64,000 nucleotides of DNA from Rhynchobatus australiae (GCA_034780895.1 JAUZTB010000048.1:14196750-14260749); one strand, 5' to 3'; numbered from the stretch's first letter, positions 38,200-53,090 are shown. The notes: generated by a model from the sequence alone, not told the origin. Numbers and translations are program-made.

Positions 38200-38844
38200 A
38201 TTTCAATGGATCCAGTATTGCTGTTGCCCCATAATGCCTAAATACCCTTGGAATAGTACCGGAAGCTAATTCAGTAGCCTACATGAAACATCATTCCATT
38301 ACATGAGCTTCATGCTAACCATACTTCATATAATTTGGGCTCTGTTTATCTTTATATGAGAAAAAGAAGTTCATTGCTGTAATTTCCAAGGATTTTTCAC
38401 CAACGTCAGAGAAGACATCAAGGTGTGAAAGGTAGTTTCCTCTATTATTTCTAAATGCCTGCACCAGTGGGCATTGGCAAGTAAACTTGGACATCGAGCA
38501 AAGCTGAGGAGCAACCTTGTTAAATGTATCTGATGTTTTACAAGTCCATGTGTTTGGTGGGCCCCACTCATCCATTGCTCAATGCATGACCTGTGTATTT
38601 TGCCATGGCGTATTTTGAGGACATTTGGCGTATATTCCCAGTACTGGGACATGTGTTTCTATCTGGGTTTTCTGGGCAGGGGTGTTGGCACTCTGTAGAG
38701 GCCCAATGATGCCATCTGATATGGAACCTTTCTGCTGTACCTGTCTGGCCAAATAGTCAGGAGAGGAAGAGATTGTCTGCAACACCACCACTGGGAAAAT
38801 CCCTGTCTGGGCCTTTGGGGCTTTAACTTGTAGAATGATCTGGA
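38200..38844 (-). mobile_element. RTE-clade LINE fragment, very old
   Basis: LQTISSSPDYLARQVQQKGSISDGIIGPLQSAN loosely resembles RTE LExVDxFxYLGSxLSxxxxIDxEIxxRLxxAS; downstream NTWT (cf. ETWT). Confidence 0.45.
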
Positions 38845-41800
38845 NNNNNNNNNNNNNNNNNNNNNNNNNNNNNNNNNNNNNNNNNNNNNNNNNNNNNNNN
38901 NNNNNNNNNNNNNNNNNNNNNNNNNNNNNNNNNNNNNNNNNNNNNNNNNNNNNNNNNNNNNNNNNNNNNNNNNNNNNNNNNNNNNNNNNNNNNNNNNNNN
39001 NNNNNNNNNNNNNNNNNNNNNNNNNNNNNNNNNNNNNNNNNNNNNNNNNNNNNNNNNNNNNNNNNNNNNNNNNNNNNNNNNNNNNNNNNNNNNNNNNNNN
39101 NNNNNNNNNNNNNNNNNNNNNNNNNNNNNNNNNNNNNNNNNNNNNNNNNNNNNNNNNNNNNNNNNNNNNNNNNNNNNNNNNNNNNNNNNNAGCCATATCT
39201 GACAAGTATCTGTGCCTCCTGGGACATTTCCAGAAGACCAACCATTAATTCTAAGAGAATCCTGAACAACCTAACATGGCTGATTTGGAATTAATGATGA
39301 ATTTACTGCATGGAATTTTGCAAAATAATCACTTTGCTCTTTTTCTGTTGTGATTCTCTGCTGTTTTGTGCACTTTGGTGCTTTAGAATTGCTACATATG
39401 GTGTAGTGAAGGTGGAGACAGGTGTAAATGGTGGCTTATGATCAGGAGATTAAATTGCAAGAGATAATTCATCTCATATTCACTCTATTGCTGCAGTCTG
39501 GGCAAAACCTCTCCCTCTGCCATTGATTAACTATACTCAGGAAATCTGTTCCTACTCATATTGATAAATGTGAGAAGGAAAACTGTTCCATAGAGATTGC
39601 ACTTGGTTCTAATTGGGATGACCTGAAGTGAATGTGATTCTTCGCACTTTTCCATTCACATCTGTCCTCTTTCAGTTCATACACCAGACGTCAGCACAAA
39701 ATCAGTGGCATTGTTTCAATGTGTCTCCACAGTGACAGCAGTGACTTTGTGTTATTAAACTACATCAAAGCCCTTGGGTATTGTTTCCAAATTTATATTC
39801 TTTAAAAAAAATGAAATGAACACATTAATCCTGTTTGTCCAAAGATGTCAATTTATGTCTAATCTATTGTTGGTATCTAAGTTTAGCATTTCCACATCTG
39901 AGTGCCCAAATTTTGATGCATAAACATGCAGAAATGATAACTGGATGTTGAAACAAGGGACCTGGATGGCACAGTGAATAGTATTCCATTCAATTCTGAA
40001 TCCAGAGGCAAGAACTGCATTAATAACACATAAATGAATGCTACAGAGATGCATTGTAAAGTGATGATGTGAACGTTTCACCTTCTTGCCAGCTGCAGCA
40101 TTGCTGGATATGTTGTTCAAAAAACATTAACTCAGATTCAAGTGGTCAAAATTTACACCACATCTGGATTGAACTGGCATTGTCCTTCCGGAAAGTATAA
40201 AGAACTGTCGCTGTATAGGAGCAATCCTGCTGAAGTAGGGGTGAAAGCATGTTCTTAGAGAGAACAGANNNNNNNNNNNNNNNNNNNNNNNNNNNNNNNN
40301 NNNNNNNNNNNNNNNNNNNNNNNNNNNNNNNNNNNNNNNNNNNNNNNNNNNNNNNNNNNNNNNNNNNNNNNNNNNNNNNNNNNNNNNNNNNNNNNNNNNN
40401 NNNNNNNNNNNNNNNNNNNNNNNNNNNNNNNNNNNNNNNNNNNNNNNNNNNNNNNNNNNNNNNNNNNNNNNNNNNNNNNNNNNNNNNNNNNNNNNNNNNN
40501 NNNNNNNNNNNNNNNNNNNNNNNNNNNNNNNATCCAAAAGATATCAGCATAAAATGTTTCCTTGAGAAGGTTAGTGTGTCCTCTGAAATGGTGAGGAGGT
40601 GAATTTTGCTTCCAATGCCGTTAAGAAGTGCAAAGGCCACATTTATTTCAGATGCTACTTCTCTTTTGTTCAGAAGCTTATTGTGAAGGAACAAGTTGCT
40701 GGACACCACTTTCAGTACTGAAGCAGGAGATAGCTGGAAGTCGTACCTAACTATTATTAAGTGTAAATACCCCTTCTCCAGCCAGTCGACTCTCTGCAGA
40801 CAGAGGGTAAGACCCATGGGCTCATACTGTTTCTCCTTTAACTTACCTGACTTCAGAGGTGCAGTGCCCTAATTTAAGCAGCAGTTCATTGTTACTGGGG
40901 CTCCTGGTGCACTAGTCAAATCTGGCAGAAGCAAAGATCTAGGCTGAGATAAGTTTTTTTTAATGTTTCAGAGCTTCTTGAGGTGCATGGACTCCTTGGG
41001 TTCTACAATACCTCAGGGCTCCACAGAATTATGCTTCTACCTCCTGATCCAAAAATTTGCATGTACCTCACCTCCCCCAACCCAATCCAAGTGAGTCATA
41101 CTTATCTTCGCAGGTACTGTATGATCAGCATCTAGTGACAGTTTTGATTCACCACCAGTACTGGCATCTGTCCACCGGCATTAACACTTCTTGACTTTGG
41201 GTGGGACTCAGAATCAGGATACAGTTAACTGCAGTGACCTGAGATATGCCGGACCTCAAGGGGTCATCGTATTAAGAGCTCGCACCACTGAATCTCACCC
41301 TGTTAAAATTGCCCTTTAAGCATATTTTCTATGTCTCTAAATTGTGCAAGGAATAAAAGATCTAAGGGAATTATGAGTTATGCAGTTACATTAATGTGAA
41401 TGAAACATATTTGTTTAACAGCATATATTTACACATTTTTTTAAATATTTTTTCTGACAAGCAGATGACACAAAAGTCCTAAGTGCAAGTCTTGTAATCA
41501 GGAATCCTTGAGGGATAGTTTTACAGTAAAAGATATACACCCACTGTGCTCTTCAATTGTTGTGTCACTAAGACAACCAATACAATTGTGTCCTCACTAA
41601 TATAATTCAGGCTGCTTGAACATAATACCCTTTTCCAGTTTCAGAAGAGACTGAATATAAAGTATTCTGATTCAGAACATTAGGATAAAAGGTTACAGTT
41701 ATTCTTTCTAAGTTCCCTCAGCAGTGCAATTGTGCAAAGCATGTTGTGTTTCAATCTCAATTCCTTGTTACTTTCAGAAATTGTATATTAAAATCAGAGT

Positions 41801-42819
41801 TGTCATAATTTTATTTGTTGGTGGAAATATGATCATATCATGTTGTGCTCTTTATGCTAATTGTGTGTTTTGAGTGCAGAGGTGTGAAACCAAAGGGTTG
41901 CATTTTTACTGTTATGTTTAAAATTCTATCACAAGANNNNNNCCAATCAAACTAGCACACATTTTCTGCTTTGCATTGGTGTTAAGATGCTCTGGAATTT
42001 TCATCAGTGTTATCAGTCTTGCATGATTGATGAAGCAGGTACTCCCTGCCGCTGACCCAGTGCTGAGAGTGTGAGGTACTAGGATATAGACAAACTCAGT
42101 AACACTGGGGAAGTCACTTCCAGCTGAGGAGGAAGAAAGCCCAGATTTAGAGAAAAGAAAGCCTAATACTCTGTCCTGGCTATTTTTCACCTGATAGTGT
42201 GACCCATGTACTTAAACATCTCAACTTGTGACAGTAGGAATTGGACACTTTGACTTATCCCTGGTCTCCAACTTGAATTAAAGGTGAATGTTAATAGCTG
42301 AGAGTAGAAAATGTAAATTTTATTTTGTTTTATATAGTTGAACAAATAAACCCATTGTCTCTCTTACTGAGTTGCCATTCAATCACAGTCCTTATAATTC
42401 AGTGCAGGCATTTGAAATCCCATTACGGTCTTTTTTTAATGAAATGCCTCTAGAATTTTTAACCATTGGAGGCGTTCAGCAGGAATTTATGCAGAGTAAC
42501 TAATACACCACAATTTTATTTCCATCTTGATGATGGACCTTGATTTCAAGAAGACCTGACAGTTTTCTCACTTCACAATTGTTACATTCCTCCATACATA
42601 AGATGAGAACATNNNNNNNNNNNNNNNNNNAACTTCCTTCACCTGGAAGTTCAAAACCGCATGGAAGAAGTGCAAGAGAGCCCACATCAGTTTAATGCCA
42701 CAGGAATGGGATTTTTTTGATGTGCATCTTGTGCAAGGAATCTTGCATGAAAACATTGGATGGCAGACGCTTCAGGTAAAAAAGTTCAAACTTTCCTGAC
42801 AGATTTCCTGCAAGAAAGG

Positions 42820-42920
42820 AGGTCACAGAGTCATACAGTGTGGAAAGGGCCCTTTGGCCCAATTGATCTATGCTGACCAAGATTCCCATTCAAGTCAAAC
42901 CCATTTGCCAGTGTTCTCAG
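42820..42920 (-). mobile_element. CR1 3' tail fragment
   Basis: AGAGTCATACAGTGTGGAAAGGGCCCTTTGGCCCA...CTATGCTGACCAAGAT...CCCATTTGCC. Confidence 0.7.
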
Positions 42921-45049
42921 CTCTGACAGTAGCCCTCAAGTGGAATTCCAAAAGCAGGATTGATGGATTAGAAACAGGACTGAGCATCTGATGGACAACT
43001 AGACATCTTGGACACCGAGAGGAAGCATAGGAATTGTCAGGCCAATTCTCCTCTTCCCTCCAAGAAAAGGAAAAAGACCTTACTGCCAACATTTCGAGAA
43101 CTCTGGTACAAAGGTTAAGCTTCTATGATGTCTGCAGCTGCAACTCAGGTAAAGCCTGTCCCTACAATGTATGGTGGAGCAAACTTCCATTCTTCCATTA
43201 AATCCTACTTTTCCATTGAAGGTTCACGCAGTTTTTTTTTATCACTTATGCACATTTCAATCAGATATGTTTTGTTCAGCTATTGACACCACTGGTGTGT
43301 ATTCAGCAGCCTCAGTACAGGTAGGCATTACATACATGGAGGACTGTAATACAATTTCACCTTACACACTGAAGTTTCAGCTTCAGATCAATCATGTTGG
43401 AAATAACACGTGCACTATGCAACAGAGTTCCTAAGTCTGTGTGTGTAAGAATGACGATTTCTGCAGACGCTGCTGAAATCATCATATATATAACAATATT
43501 TCTGGGATGTTCCCAGCCCTTGACTGCTGAATAGATGCTGAAAACAAAGTGAATTATTTTTCTTATCTGCTAATTGACTTGAACCTAATTGCTAGAACAG
43601 TTGGGTATACAGTAGGTGTTGCTGAAATTTCAACAACTTGTCTGATGACAGTAATAATCAGACTTTGCAGAAACCAAGCTAACATCAGGCAGCTCTGTTT
43701 TCCAGCGGGTATTGAACTAAAGTTGCTTAATCTTTAAGCAGAGAAGCTATGTCACTGCTTCCACAAGTACAGAAATCCACCATGGCAGCTTTAGACTCTC
43801 TGGACTTTGGATGCCTAACTTAGAGGCATGAACTTGAAAGCTACTCCTTGCTAGATTTATTACTTGGGATCACTCTGAAAACATACTGTGTTGGTCAAAA
43901 TGTCAAAAGGCTAGAGTGAGATGCAGGGATTATTTTGCTTGAATCTCTTGCACACACGTTCTTGGTTGCCATACAATATGCATCATTAACCATATCCATA
44001 GANNNNNNNNNNGCCTCAGTTGTATGGAAAAATATGTATGCGCCTCTGCTCAGTGAAGGAATAAAATAGATGAAGAAATGTAATTTTCTATAATGAAAAA
44101 AATGTGCATTTGATTTTAAAGAATAAGTAGCTTACAATGTAAAATATTCAGCAGTCAGAAGAACTTAATTGTTTTGCCTGTCCTTCCATCCAGTAGATGC
44201 CTGTTTGAAATATTCTGGTTGATTCCAGTTTTTCAAATCTCATCCATTAATTCTTTAGACAATACCACATGTTAGTGGCAATGGCTGCTATTTAAAACTA
44301 ATTGCCCAAGAACAGACCAGTAAATATTTGAGTCAACCTTGCTGAAAACTTTGAAAGGAACTTTGCAAGAGTAAAACTAATTGCCAAAGGTGAAAAAGTA
44401 GGGGTTAGAAAACAGTGTGGTGTGACAAAACTGAAGACCAAAAGTAATTAAAATACTCATTTGTAATTAAGTAGTAATTAAAATGTTAACTGTAACTCAG
44501 AGTGCCATTTTGATGTTTAAATAATTTAAGATTATTGTTTAATATGGGTTTTATAAGCTCATTAAATCACCTTTCTTTTAATGAAGCAGTAGAAAAGAAT
44601 GGCAGTACAGACTTCTGTCAAAAAAGCTAAATCTTTCCAGACTAAATTAAAAGAAAATGAGGAAGCCTAATGGCTTGTGTTTGGCAGCTTAAGCTCCTGT
44701 TTTTACTGTCACCTTCATTTTATTCATGGTTGTCACTGTTGGGTCATGCATTATTAATAATAATTTTAGGAACATTTAGCATAGATGCCAGCACGGTACC
44801 ATGCTATCTTTCAACACAAACCAATTGCATGTTGTTACAGTGGTTGAAAATGTTCTTAAAATTATTACACTAGAGAACCACAGCTGGTCGAAATGTCCAT
44901 GAAATCTGCTGTGCTTTATTTTTTTCCACTTACTGCTACAGAGGAGACAAGTTTTTCATAGAGTATACTATTTCTAGTTCTCATATTATGTTTTTCTCTC
45001 TGCTCTATTAATCTGCAAAAATAATTTAAAAGACAAAATGCAAATATCA

Positions 45050-45320
45050 AACATGACAATTCAGACAAAAGACTGAGAAATGCACAATAAATCGGTCAGT
45101 GGCTATGGGGAGGATGATATTTTGGGTGTAACCTTCCATCACGTTTGTATTCTGTATTCATAATGGGAGTACCTATTTGCCTCTGATGGTCCCATTATCT
45201 CATCATTTTCACTTGCAGTGAAGGGTCAGAATTGAAACATGAAGCTTCTATCAGCTCTAAATGCTACAACCTGCTGTTTCCTACATTTTCTGGTTATGTT
45301 ATTTGCTTATTTTGCATTTT
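45050..45320. mobile_element. Old inverted PLE-derived unit
   Basis: Plus arm CAGTGAAGGGTCAGAATTGAAACATG...ATGCTACAACCTGCTG (decayed hammerhead plus tail) and a weak minus arm at about 45050-45145. Confidence 0.35.
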
Positions 45321-46009
45321 TCCAGAGCTACATTTTTGACCCTGGATTTTCAATGTATAAATGCTACATCCTTTATAGCAACTCTTTGTGATTAGAGAAA
45401 AATACATATTAATCAACCCTAAAGATCTCTTTGGAGGAGAATGTCCTAAATTCAATCCTCTTCCTTCCTCTCTTCAGCATGTGTCAGTGCTGTACAGAAT
45501 GATAGTGACAACTGTCAATCTCTTGTGATCTGGGTTTGGCAGTTTTTGAGTTGGTTCATTATGGACAGAAATCTGAACAGTTTCTGCTATATTTTGGATT
45601 TGGAGGTGCCTTCAGAAGAAATAGAGTTGACTTAAATAAAAGAAAAAAAATTCTTCTCCACACAGACAATGCCCCTTTTATATTGCAGCACAGATTGGCT
45701 GTCAAATTAGAAGCTGATAGGCAACTTTAACATAGGACCAGGAATTTAAAATGCTCAATTAAAAAAAATAATGATTGCCGTACAAGTTCCTGAAAAATAT
45801 ACTGATTCATAGCAATGTTGGTTGTTGGCTTTTATTTCCTGGCAAGCTCATGTTGAATTTATGTATTCCCTGCTATGATTAGTATGTGTGGGTCTCTCAG
45901 TGGGTATAAAAAATTCACACCAGCAATCCAATTACAGGTGCATATCTTAATGGATGTGTGTCTATGTCCTGAGAGGTACTGTAATTTTACCTATTTATGG
46001 AGTCTCACC

Positions 46010-46470
46010 ATATATAAATATTGAAAAGATCTCTGGAATCTTATGGTACATCTGACTGAGAGGAAATGTGATGAACCCTTCTAAAGTTTGGCTGCCCGCA
46101 GAACTTCATCTCCATCCAGCATGCCAAGGGTCTACAACAGACCCAATTCACAGTGAAGTCTAGCATCAAGCAAGGCTGTGTCATCACTCCAACATTAGTA
46201 TGACATCTCCAATGAGCTTTTTGCTGGAGTCAATCTAATCTGCAGGAAAATTGGGAAATTTGGTTCAGCCTACATCCCCTCCATTCCTAAACCATGGTCA
46301 CTCCCACCCCAATAGTTGAGCTGAACTGTGTAGATAGTGTTTCTGTCCATACTCATTTGGAGGTCACTAAAATGTACAAGACAATGAGCACCATGCTAAA
46401 CATCAGCAACATGTACTTCTTTCAATCTGCCCCATTGCACAATACTGAATCCGAGCAGCTCTCTGGAAAC
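46010..46470 (+). mobile_element. RTE-clade LINE RT fragment
   Basis: LLKFGCPQNFISI; GSTTDPI; VKSSIKQGCVITPTL (cf. GVKQGCVIAPTLF). Confidence 0.65.
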
Positions 46471-47427
46471 TGAAAATCTGTACTGGCCTTGATAACCTAG
46501 ATACTATTGAAGCAATTGTATCCTGTGGAAGAAGGAGAGAACATATACATAACTCTGTGGGCAGGGAGAGGTGGGGCGGGGGGGTGGGGAGGAGGAATGC
46601 TTATGTGTGGGCCTGTTGATCAGGTTTTGTCTTTGAATTGTANNNNNNNNNNNNNNNNNNNNNNNNNNNNNNNNNNNNNNNNNNNNNNNNNNNNNNNNNN
46701 NNNNNNNNNNNNNNNNNNNNNNNNNNNNNNNNNNNNNNNNNTTTAATCACTGCAGGAAGAGATTCACCTGCAGTCCAGTAAGCATGACTATAACTGGGCA
46801 CTTACAGTTTCCAGACCTACTCTGACATCGAGTTAAATTGGATTAATGACCTTTACTGTTTAGCTGCTTTATATAGGAAAGAATTTATCTAACTCACATT
46901 TTGCAATCGTATATCACCCACAGTGACATCTCCTGTGATTTGTCAATTGAGTAAGTACTTCAATTAACATGGAAAGAAAAATTGTTACCAGCCAAAGGTT
47001 AGAAGTGCAGCTGGCTATTTGGCTAATGCAACCGTAAACACTGGGATAATGATCTCGTAAGTAATTGTGGTCTATACATTATAGTACATGACTTTTTGTT
47101 CTAACTTGTTATTTGTGCTTATCACAAACTTGTTTAGGTTTGCATATTTCAATTAGAATTGAACTACCATGAGTTTCACACCAGAGCAGCCTAACATTGG
47201 ACATTAGCCTAGAAATTTTTGAGTGCCTATTAAATGCACTGTGTGGTGGGCCAACAAACAACTGCATTGCGATGACTGTTCACAGCAACATTTCAAGGCA
47301 CTTTTAACATACTCAAGGGCAGAAGAGTTAAAGTGGCACTTGGGTCCACTTCATGATTCTTGAGTGACGAGCATAGGAAAGAGGCCAGAGATGAGGGAGA
47401 AATAGGGTGGGCAAGGGGTTGATGGGG

Positions 47428-47860
47428 GTAAGTAAATTGGTTTATTATTGTCACATGTACTGAGGTACAGTAAAAAAAACTTTGTTTTNNNNNNNNNNNN
47501 NNNNNNNNNNNNNNCATTGAGGTAGTACAAGGGAAAACAATAACAGAATGCAGAATAAAGTGTTACAGTTACAGAGAAAATGCAGTGCAGGTAGACAATA
47601 AGGTACAAGGTCATAATGAGGTGGATTGTGAGGTCAAGAGTACACTTTATTGCACTAGGTAACCATTCAGTAGTATTATATCAGCCAGATAGAAGATGAC
47701 CTTGAGCCTGTTGATATGTGCTTTTAGGCTTTTGTATCTCCTGCCCAATGGTAGAGGGGAGAAGAGAGAATATCTAGGGTGAGTGGGAGTCTTTGATTAT
47801 GCTGGCTGCTTTACTGAGGCAGCAAAAAGTGTAGACAGAGTCCACAGAGGGGAGGCTGTT
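47428..47860 (-). mobile_element. Rex1/Babar-type LINE 3' end (second copy)
   Basis: Colinear with 17705-18140 (TTTATTATTGTCACATGTAC...GTGCAGGTAGACAATAAGG...TTTACTGAGGCAG...GGGGAGGCTG). Confidence 0.85.
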
Positions 47861-49623
47861 GATGTGGGGAGAGAATGGTGATACTGGCGGAATTGGGAGC
47901 TTGTGGGTCAGGTCAGAGCATGGAGAGACAAGACCAATGAGAGTTCACAATCAGTGGGTTTGATGTGGGACCACAGCTGAGAGATGGATCTGGAGAGCAG
48001 TTGATTGCAGTGGGGTGAAGATCAGGGAGAGATTGGTCAGGGATCTGAGGAAGATTCACCTCAAGGGTTTTTTGACTTGAAGACTGCCCATCTGGCCATC
48101 TGGGGCCCCAATTTGTCACAAGCAAGCCTTGCTTGACTTCTGAAGGTCTGCTTCTGTGTGGGTACCCCAGGGACACATGACTTAATAAATCTTAACGAAT
48201 GCAATAGCCATATGTCAGTTGCATCCTGTTGGATGTGGGTTTGTCTGGCTGGGGACTTCTGTGGAATCACACATCATAATGCGCCGAGGAAAATTGTGGA
48301 TTTACTGAATGACAAAGTAAATCTTGCATCACATTAAAGGATCAATATTCTGAAGCAATTCTCTCACATAGAGCACATTGACATTGTGCTGCTCAATTCC
48401 ATTTCTCGGTCATCAACTTCTATTTGAAAATGCCCTCAGTTTGGATCATTATTTTACACTGAGATAAATCTGGAACTCTTAAATAAATAGCTGAACTATC
48501 ATGCATAGATACATAATACAGTGTTTCTTTTTCTTTGTCCTGTCCCTTCACGTTTGTACTGTTAATATCTCTTAGTATGTAAGCAATGTATCTTGTATGT
48601 GCGTGTACAGTTTCCTTTTTAAAAGTGTGATCAGGTCTGTGTGTGTTTGTTTGTGTGTATGAGAGTGAGATAATTAGCATTCAATCAAAAATTATAGTTC
48701 ATTATCCATTGTATCAGAGATTCTTATTACAGTTCCAACCTACTTGAAGATTTTGCGTAAATAAACTATTTATGGTATGTTTTCCTACACTCTCTCTGGG
48801 GGAATGCATGCAGTCTTTGCATACTAGTCAGCTAAAACTAATTTTTNNNNNNNNNNNNNNNNNNNNNNNNNNNNNNNNNNNNNNNNNNNNNNNNNNNNNN
48901 NNNNNNNNNNNNNNNNNNNNNNNNNNNNNNNNNNNNNNNNNNNNNNNNNNNNNNNNNNNNNNNNNNNNNNNNNNNNNNNNNNNNNNNNNNNNNNNNNNNN
49001 NNNNNNNNNNNNNNNNNNNNNNNNNNNNNNNNNNNNNNNNNNNNNNNNNNNNNNNNNNNNNNNNNNNNNNNNNNNNNNNNNNNNNNNNNNNNNNNNNNNN
49101 NNNNNNNNNNNNNNNNNNNNNNNNNNNNNNNNNNNNNNNNNNNNNNNNNNNNNNNNNNNNNNNNNNNNNNNNNNNNNNNNNNNNNNNNNNNNNNNNNNNN
49201 NNNNNNNNNNNNNNNNNNNNNNNNNNNNNNNNNNNNNNNNNNNNNNNNNNNNNNNNNNNNNNNNNNNNNNNNNNNNNNNNNNNNNNNNNNNNNNNNNNNN
49301 NNNNNNNNNNNNNNNNNNNNNNNNNNNNNNNNNNNNNNNNNNNNNNNNNNNNNNNNNNNNNNNNNNNNNNNNNNNNNNNNNNNNNNNNNNNNNNNNNNNN
49401 NNNNNNNNNNNNNNNNNNNNNNNNNNNNNNNNNNNNNNNNNNNNNNNNNNNNNNNNNNNNNNNNNNNNNNNNNNNNNNNNNNNNNNNNNNNNNNNNNNNN
49501 NNNNNNNNNNNNNNNNNNNNNNNNNNNNNNNNNNNNNNNNNNNNNNNNNNNNNNNNNNNNNNNNNNNNNNNNNNNNNNNNNNNNNNNNNNNNNNNNNNNN
49601 NNNNNNNNNNNNNNNNNNNNNNN

Positions 49624-49720
49624 CTCTAAAGCTTCCACATGCTTCCTATTGTGAGGTAACCAGAACTGAACACAATACTCCAAGTGTGGTCTAACCAGAG
49701 TTCTGTAGAACTGCAACATT
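49624..49720 (-). mobile_element. CR1 LINE fragment (continues into the N-gap)
   Basis: MLQFYRTLVRPHLEYCVQFWLPHNRKHVEALE. Confidence 0.85.
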
Positions 49721-52700
49721 TGTTCAGCATCAGTTCTCTGGAGTGAAGTGGCATTGATCAAACAATATATATCACCCTCTCTATGCAGTGGATTGTTAAT
49801 ATTACCCAGCTACCCATGCAATAATGAATAATGAATAGAGGTGTACATGTGCAGTGCAACTTGTTCCAAGGTATCATCATAATAAGAGCCAATTATGAAA
49901 GAGATCCCTGTCCCTTAAAGCCAAAATAAATTCATATAATTAAAATTATCACTGCGTAAAACATTACTATTCTGAGGGACATTTTCACTCCAGTGTGAAA
50001 TCTTAGGACTTTTTTTACTGTTTGGCCACAACAGGAGACTGGTGTACTTTATATTAAAGTGCGGGTATAAAGATGACTTGGTCAATGCACCAGCAGACAT
50101 TACACCAGTGGAAAATTCCAGCACATTACTGACTCCAGTATCGGTTAATATGGATGAGTAAGTGTGCAATCCCACAACCGGATCGAGATACTTGAGGAAG
50201 TAGTGCAGCAGAATTTCACCTGGAACACTTGCTAACTACAGAGCAGCTTAAAAATCTGGGGCTGTAGTTAGAGAAAGAGAGAAAAAGAGTCCTTGTTCAG
50301 ACCACGCTCAGTAGGAGCCAAGCCTGAGATCCCCTAACAGGGAATGCTGGGATAGAGTTGGTTTTGGCCTCTTACTGAAATAAGTTGACAACTGTTGGGG
50401 TTCACCATAAATATTATTCTAGTCATACATTTGAGAATGATAAAATAAGTCATGTTTGATTACTTATTTTTGGTCTTACCTTACTGAAGTCTTTCAGTCT
50501 GTCTTACAGAATACTGGAGAAGAGCAAATGGAAAAACGTAAGATGCCAATATCCAGGTCACTTAAGGGATTTGTCATTGAAGTGGAATCGTAGGAATTTA
50601 GGGCACAGGTGGATGCCATTTGGCCTATTGTATCTGTACTAGTCAAGAACTACCCAGCCTAGTCACAACCTCCTGCTGTATGTCTCAGAGGCAGTCAGAA
50701 CCATATCCCAATCATCCTCTGAATGACAAGATTTCTCCTCTAATTCTACAACCAATTATTTTAAACCTGTGCCTCCTGATTAAGACATCTGAGTCACAAA
50801 GTCTGAGGATTAAACACTGGCAGTAAAATTATTCCCCTGGTCACTAGAGATCTGTTTACAAGAGAATTCAGTCACATTTAATCTAAATGAATATTATCAT
50901 GGATGGTCCTGTTATGACACAACTAAGTATTTTTTTTCTGCAATAAGGTTCATCTAGATTTGGAGTAAAATTGTCAAAGGGCATGGGAAAATCAGATTAG
51001 TCCAATCTGTTGCAAGCACTGGTGCAGACACATTGGATGAAATAGTTTCTCCATATCTTAAAAGTTCAATGCAAAGTGATGTTCTAATTTGTTTTTTCAA
51101 ATAACCCTGTATGTCACCCATTTTTCGATGTCTTCGTCCCTGAGAAGAAATCTTTAAGAATTATTTATAGCTTCTGTATTTATGTTGTTAGTCAGGAGCA
51201 GCAAAAGTGTGACATCATGGCCTGCTGACAAATGGCTTCCAATCAATAGTGAGATAACACTTGCTTAGAGACTTGATTTTACTCTGCAGATAAAAAGATT
51301 AGAAATGAATTATTGTCAGAAGTAGATGTCAGAGGAAGGTTATGCATATTAGATATCATTTTGCTGAACCCTGAGTGCCTCTTTAAAGAAAGTAATGGTA
51401 ATAACCAGGAGAAATCTCACTAAAATGCATGTTTGAGATAAGTGTGGCATTCCAGTCCACAATATTCCATTATATAGAAATTTTAGTACAAACAATCCGG
51501 TCCCCAGTATTACATTTCTTGTTGGATGTTAGTACTTTTCAGGTTTAGCAGAAGAAATCATGAAGTAAATCACCTTTTGTTCAGAGTATCTGCTTGAATC
51601 AGTGCAAATACCATCCTTGCCCAAGTTCAAACAGGATTCTCTGATGCTTTAAAAATATTCTCAGTTTGATCATCACATAACTCAGAAGGGTTGATGAATT
51701 GTGATGTAAGCTACGTAAGGACATATTTTCTGACTGTTTAATATAATTGCAGATTTCAGCAACAATTGATTTGGTTCATTTTTCACAGCGTCCCAGTTGA
51801 TGTTGAATGGTATGTTTTCTGATCCACATTTAAACTTCCTTGGATGGTCATAAAAATTTCCCATCAGAGTGAGTGGGACCTCGGAAAAGCTGGGAAGTAT
51901 TCTTTTGGACTTTGATCAATTGAACACTTTTATTTGTATATTTTCCACATCAGCCTATGATATACATGAAAGTAATGCAGGCAGTATTACAGATTGAAGT
52001 GGTTGAACTTTACGCAGGAACTTAATAATGGCAAGCTGGCCGATCATACAAGTATTGTCTGGAATTTACACCCTATATTATCAGTGATACTACTACAATA
52101 GTGCCCTTTGCTTTCTGTTCAAGGGTTCTCTGCATCACTTATGTTCCTCCAGCTGGGAAAGCAAACAAATAAGTCAAGGTTCCTCAAGCTCTTTGACACT
52201 GAGTACACTCAGCCACAGAGGTGCATTTATTGTTGGGCAAGATGCAATTTCTGCCCATTCCCATAACTAAAATTTGTCAGGTCTTCAGTATCATTGAGAT
52301 GCTGGTTACATTATGATTAGACTCTAATTCACTTGAATTGCACAAGTGAATCATCTATGAGCTGTTTAAGCTGTGCACCTATAGATTGCATTACCATATC
52401 TCTGTATGAAATTAATGCATGATGTAATCTCTTGAATAAAGTGCAGGTTCAGTGGAATAAAGTACCAGACTTGAATGGAGCAGTGAATGCACAATATAAC
52501 CTGAGTTAGCCTACTGAACTTGCAGTGCATTGTCTTGATATTTTGATGTAAATGCAGTTGGAAGTATAACCATTAATACTGTGATTGCACCTTTTGTTCT
52601 TACTTCTTTTGGAAATTTCCAAAATACTTCTGTGGGAAAAAAAAAGCACAAATTGGCTGACTTTGTTTATTGGAAGTAACTGGAAACTTGCAGCCTACAG

Positions 52701-53048
52701 CAGTTGGATAGCTGGTTAGTGGCATTAAAGCGATTAGTAGTGGTATCAGTTACCAATATGCAAAGGAAATATTGTAATTGATGGCTTATGCTGTGGTTTC
52801 CTTTCTTACTGTGTTCTGAAGTCTCAGAAGTATGCACAATTTATTTATAGCTGGAACGGAGCACCACTGGTGCAAAAGACATTCTAAATGCAGATTGGCT
52901 GCTGTTTCAGGATTTTTGTATTTTTTGACACCCTAGTGTATTATCATAATTGACTTTTGTACATGATATTGTGTTAGAATGAGGTGCATTTGCTTAAAGC
53001 CCTGGAGTCTCTTTCTTCGATTTTACCAAGTTTCAGCTTCATTGTCTG

Positions 53049-53090
53049 GGTCACATGACCTCTTCACCAGGCCTGTCCAAAGTTATAAAA
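53049..53090 (+). promoter_or_regulatory. Candidate core promoter (E-box plus TATA)
   Basis: Near-palindrome GGTCACATGACC at 53049-53060 and TATAAAA at 53084-53090, in repeat-free sequence. Motif evidence only. Confidence 0.2.

Noticed and set aside
40090-40260. SIAGYVVQK resembling the P-element/THAP9 YIAGYV motif
   Set aside because: A short isolated match with no other transposase motifs nearby.
42631-42780. Open frame ending CAG|GTAAAA (FTWKFKTAWKK...QTLQ)
   Set aside because: Unrecognised peptide, and the 5' side is hidden by a gap.
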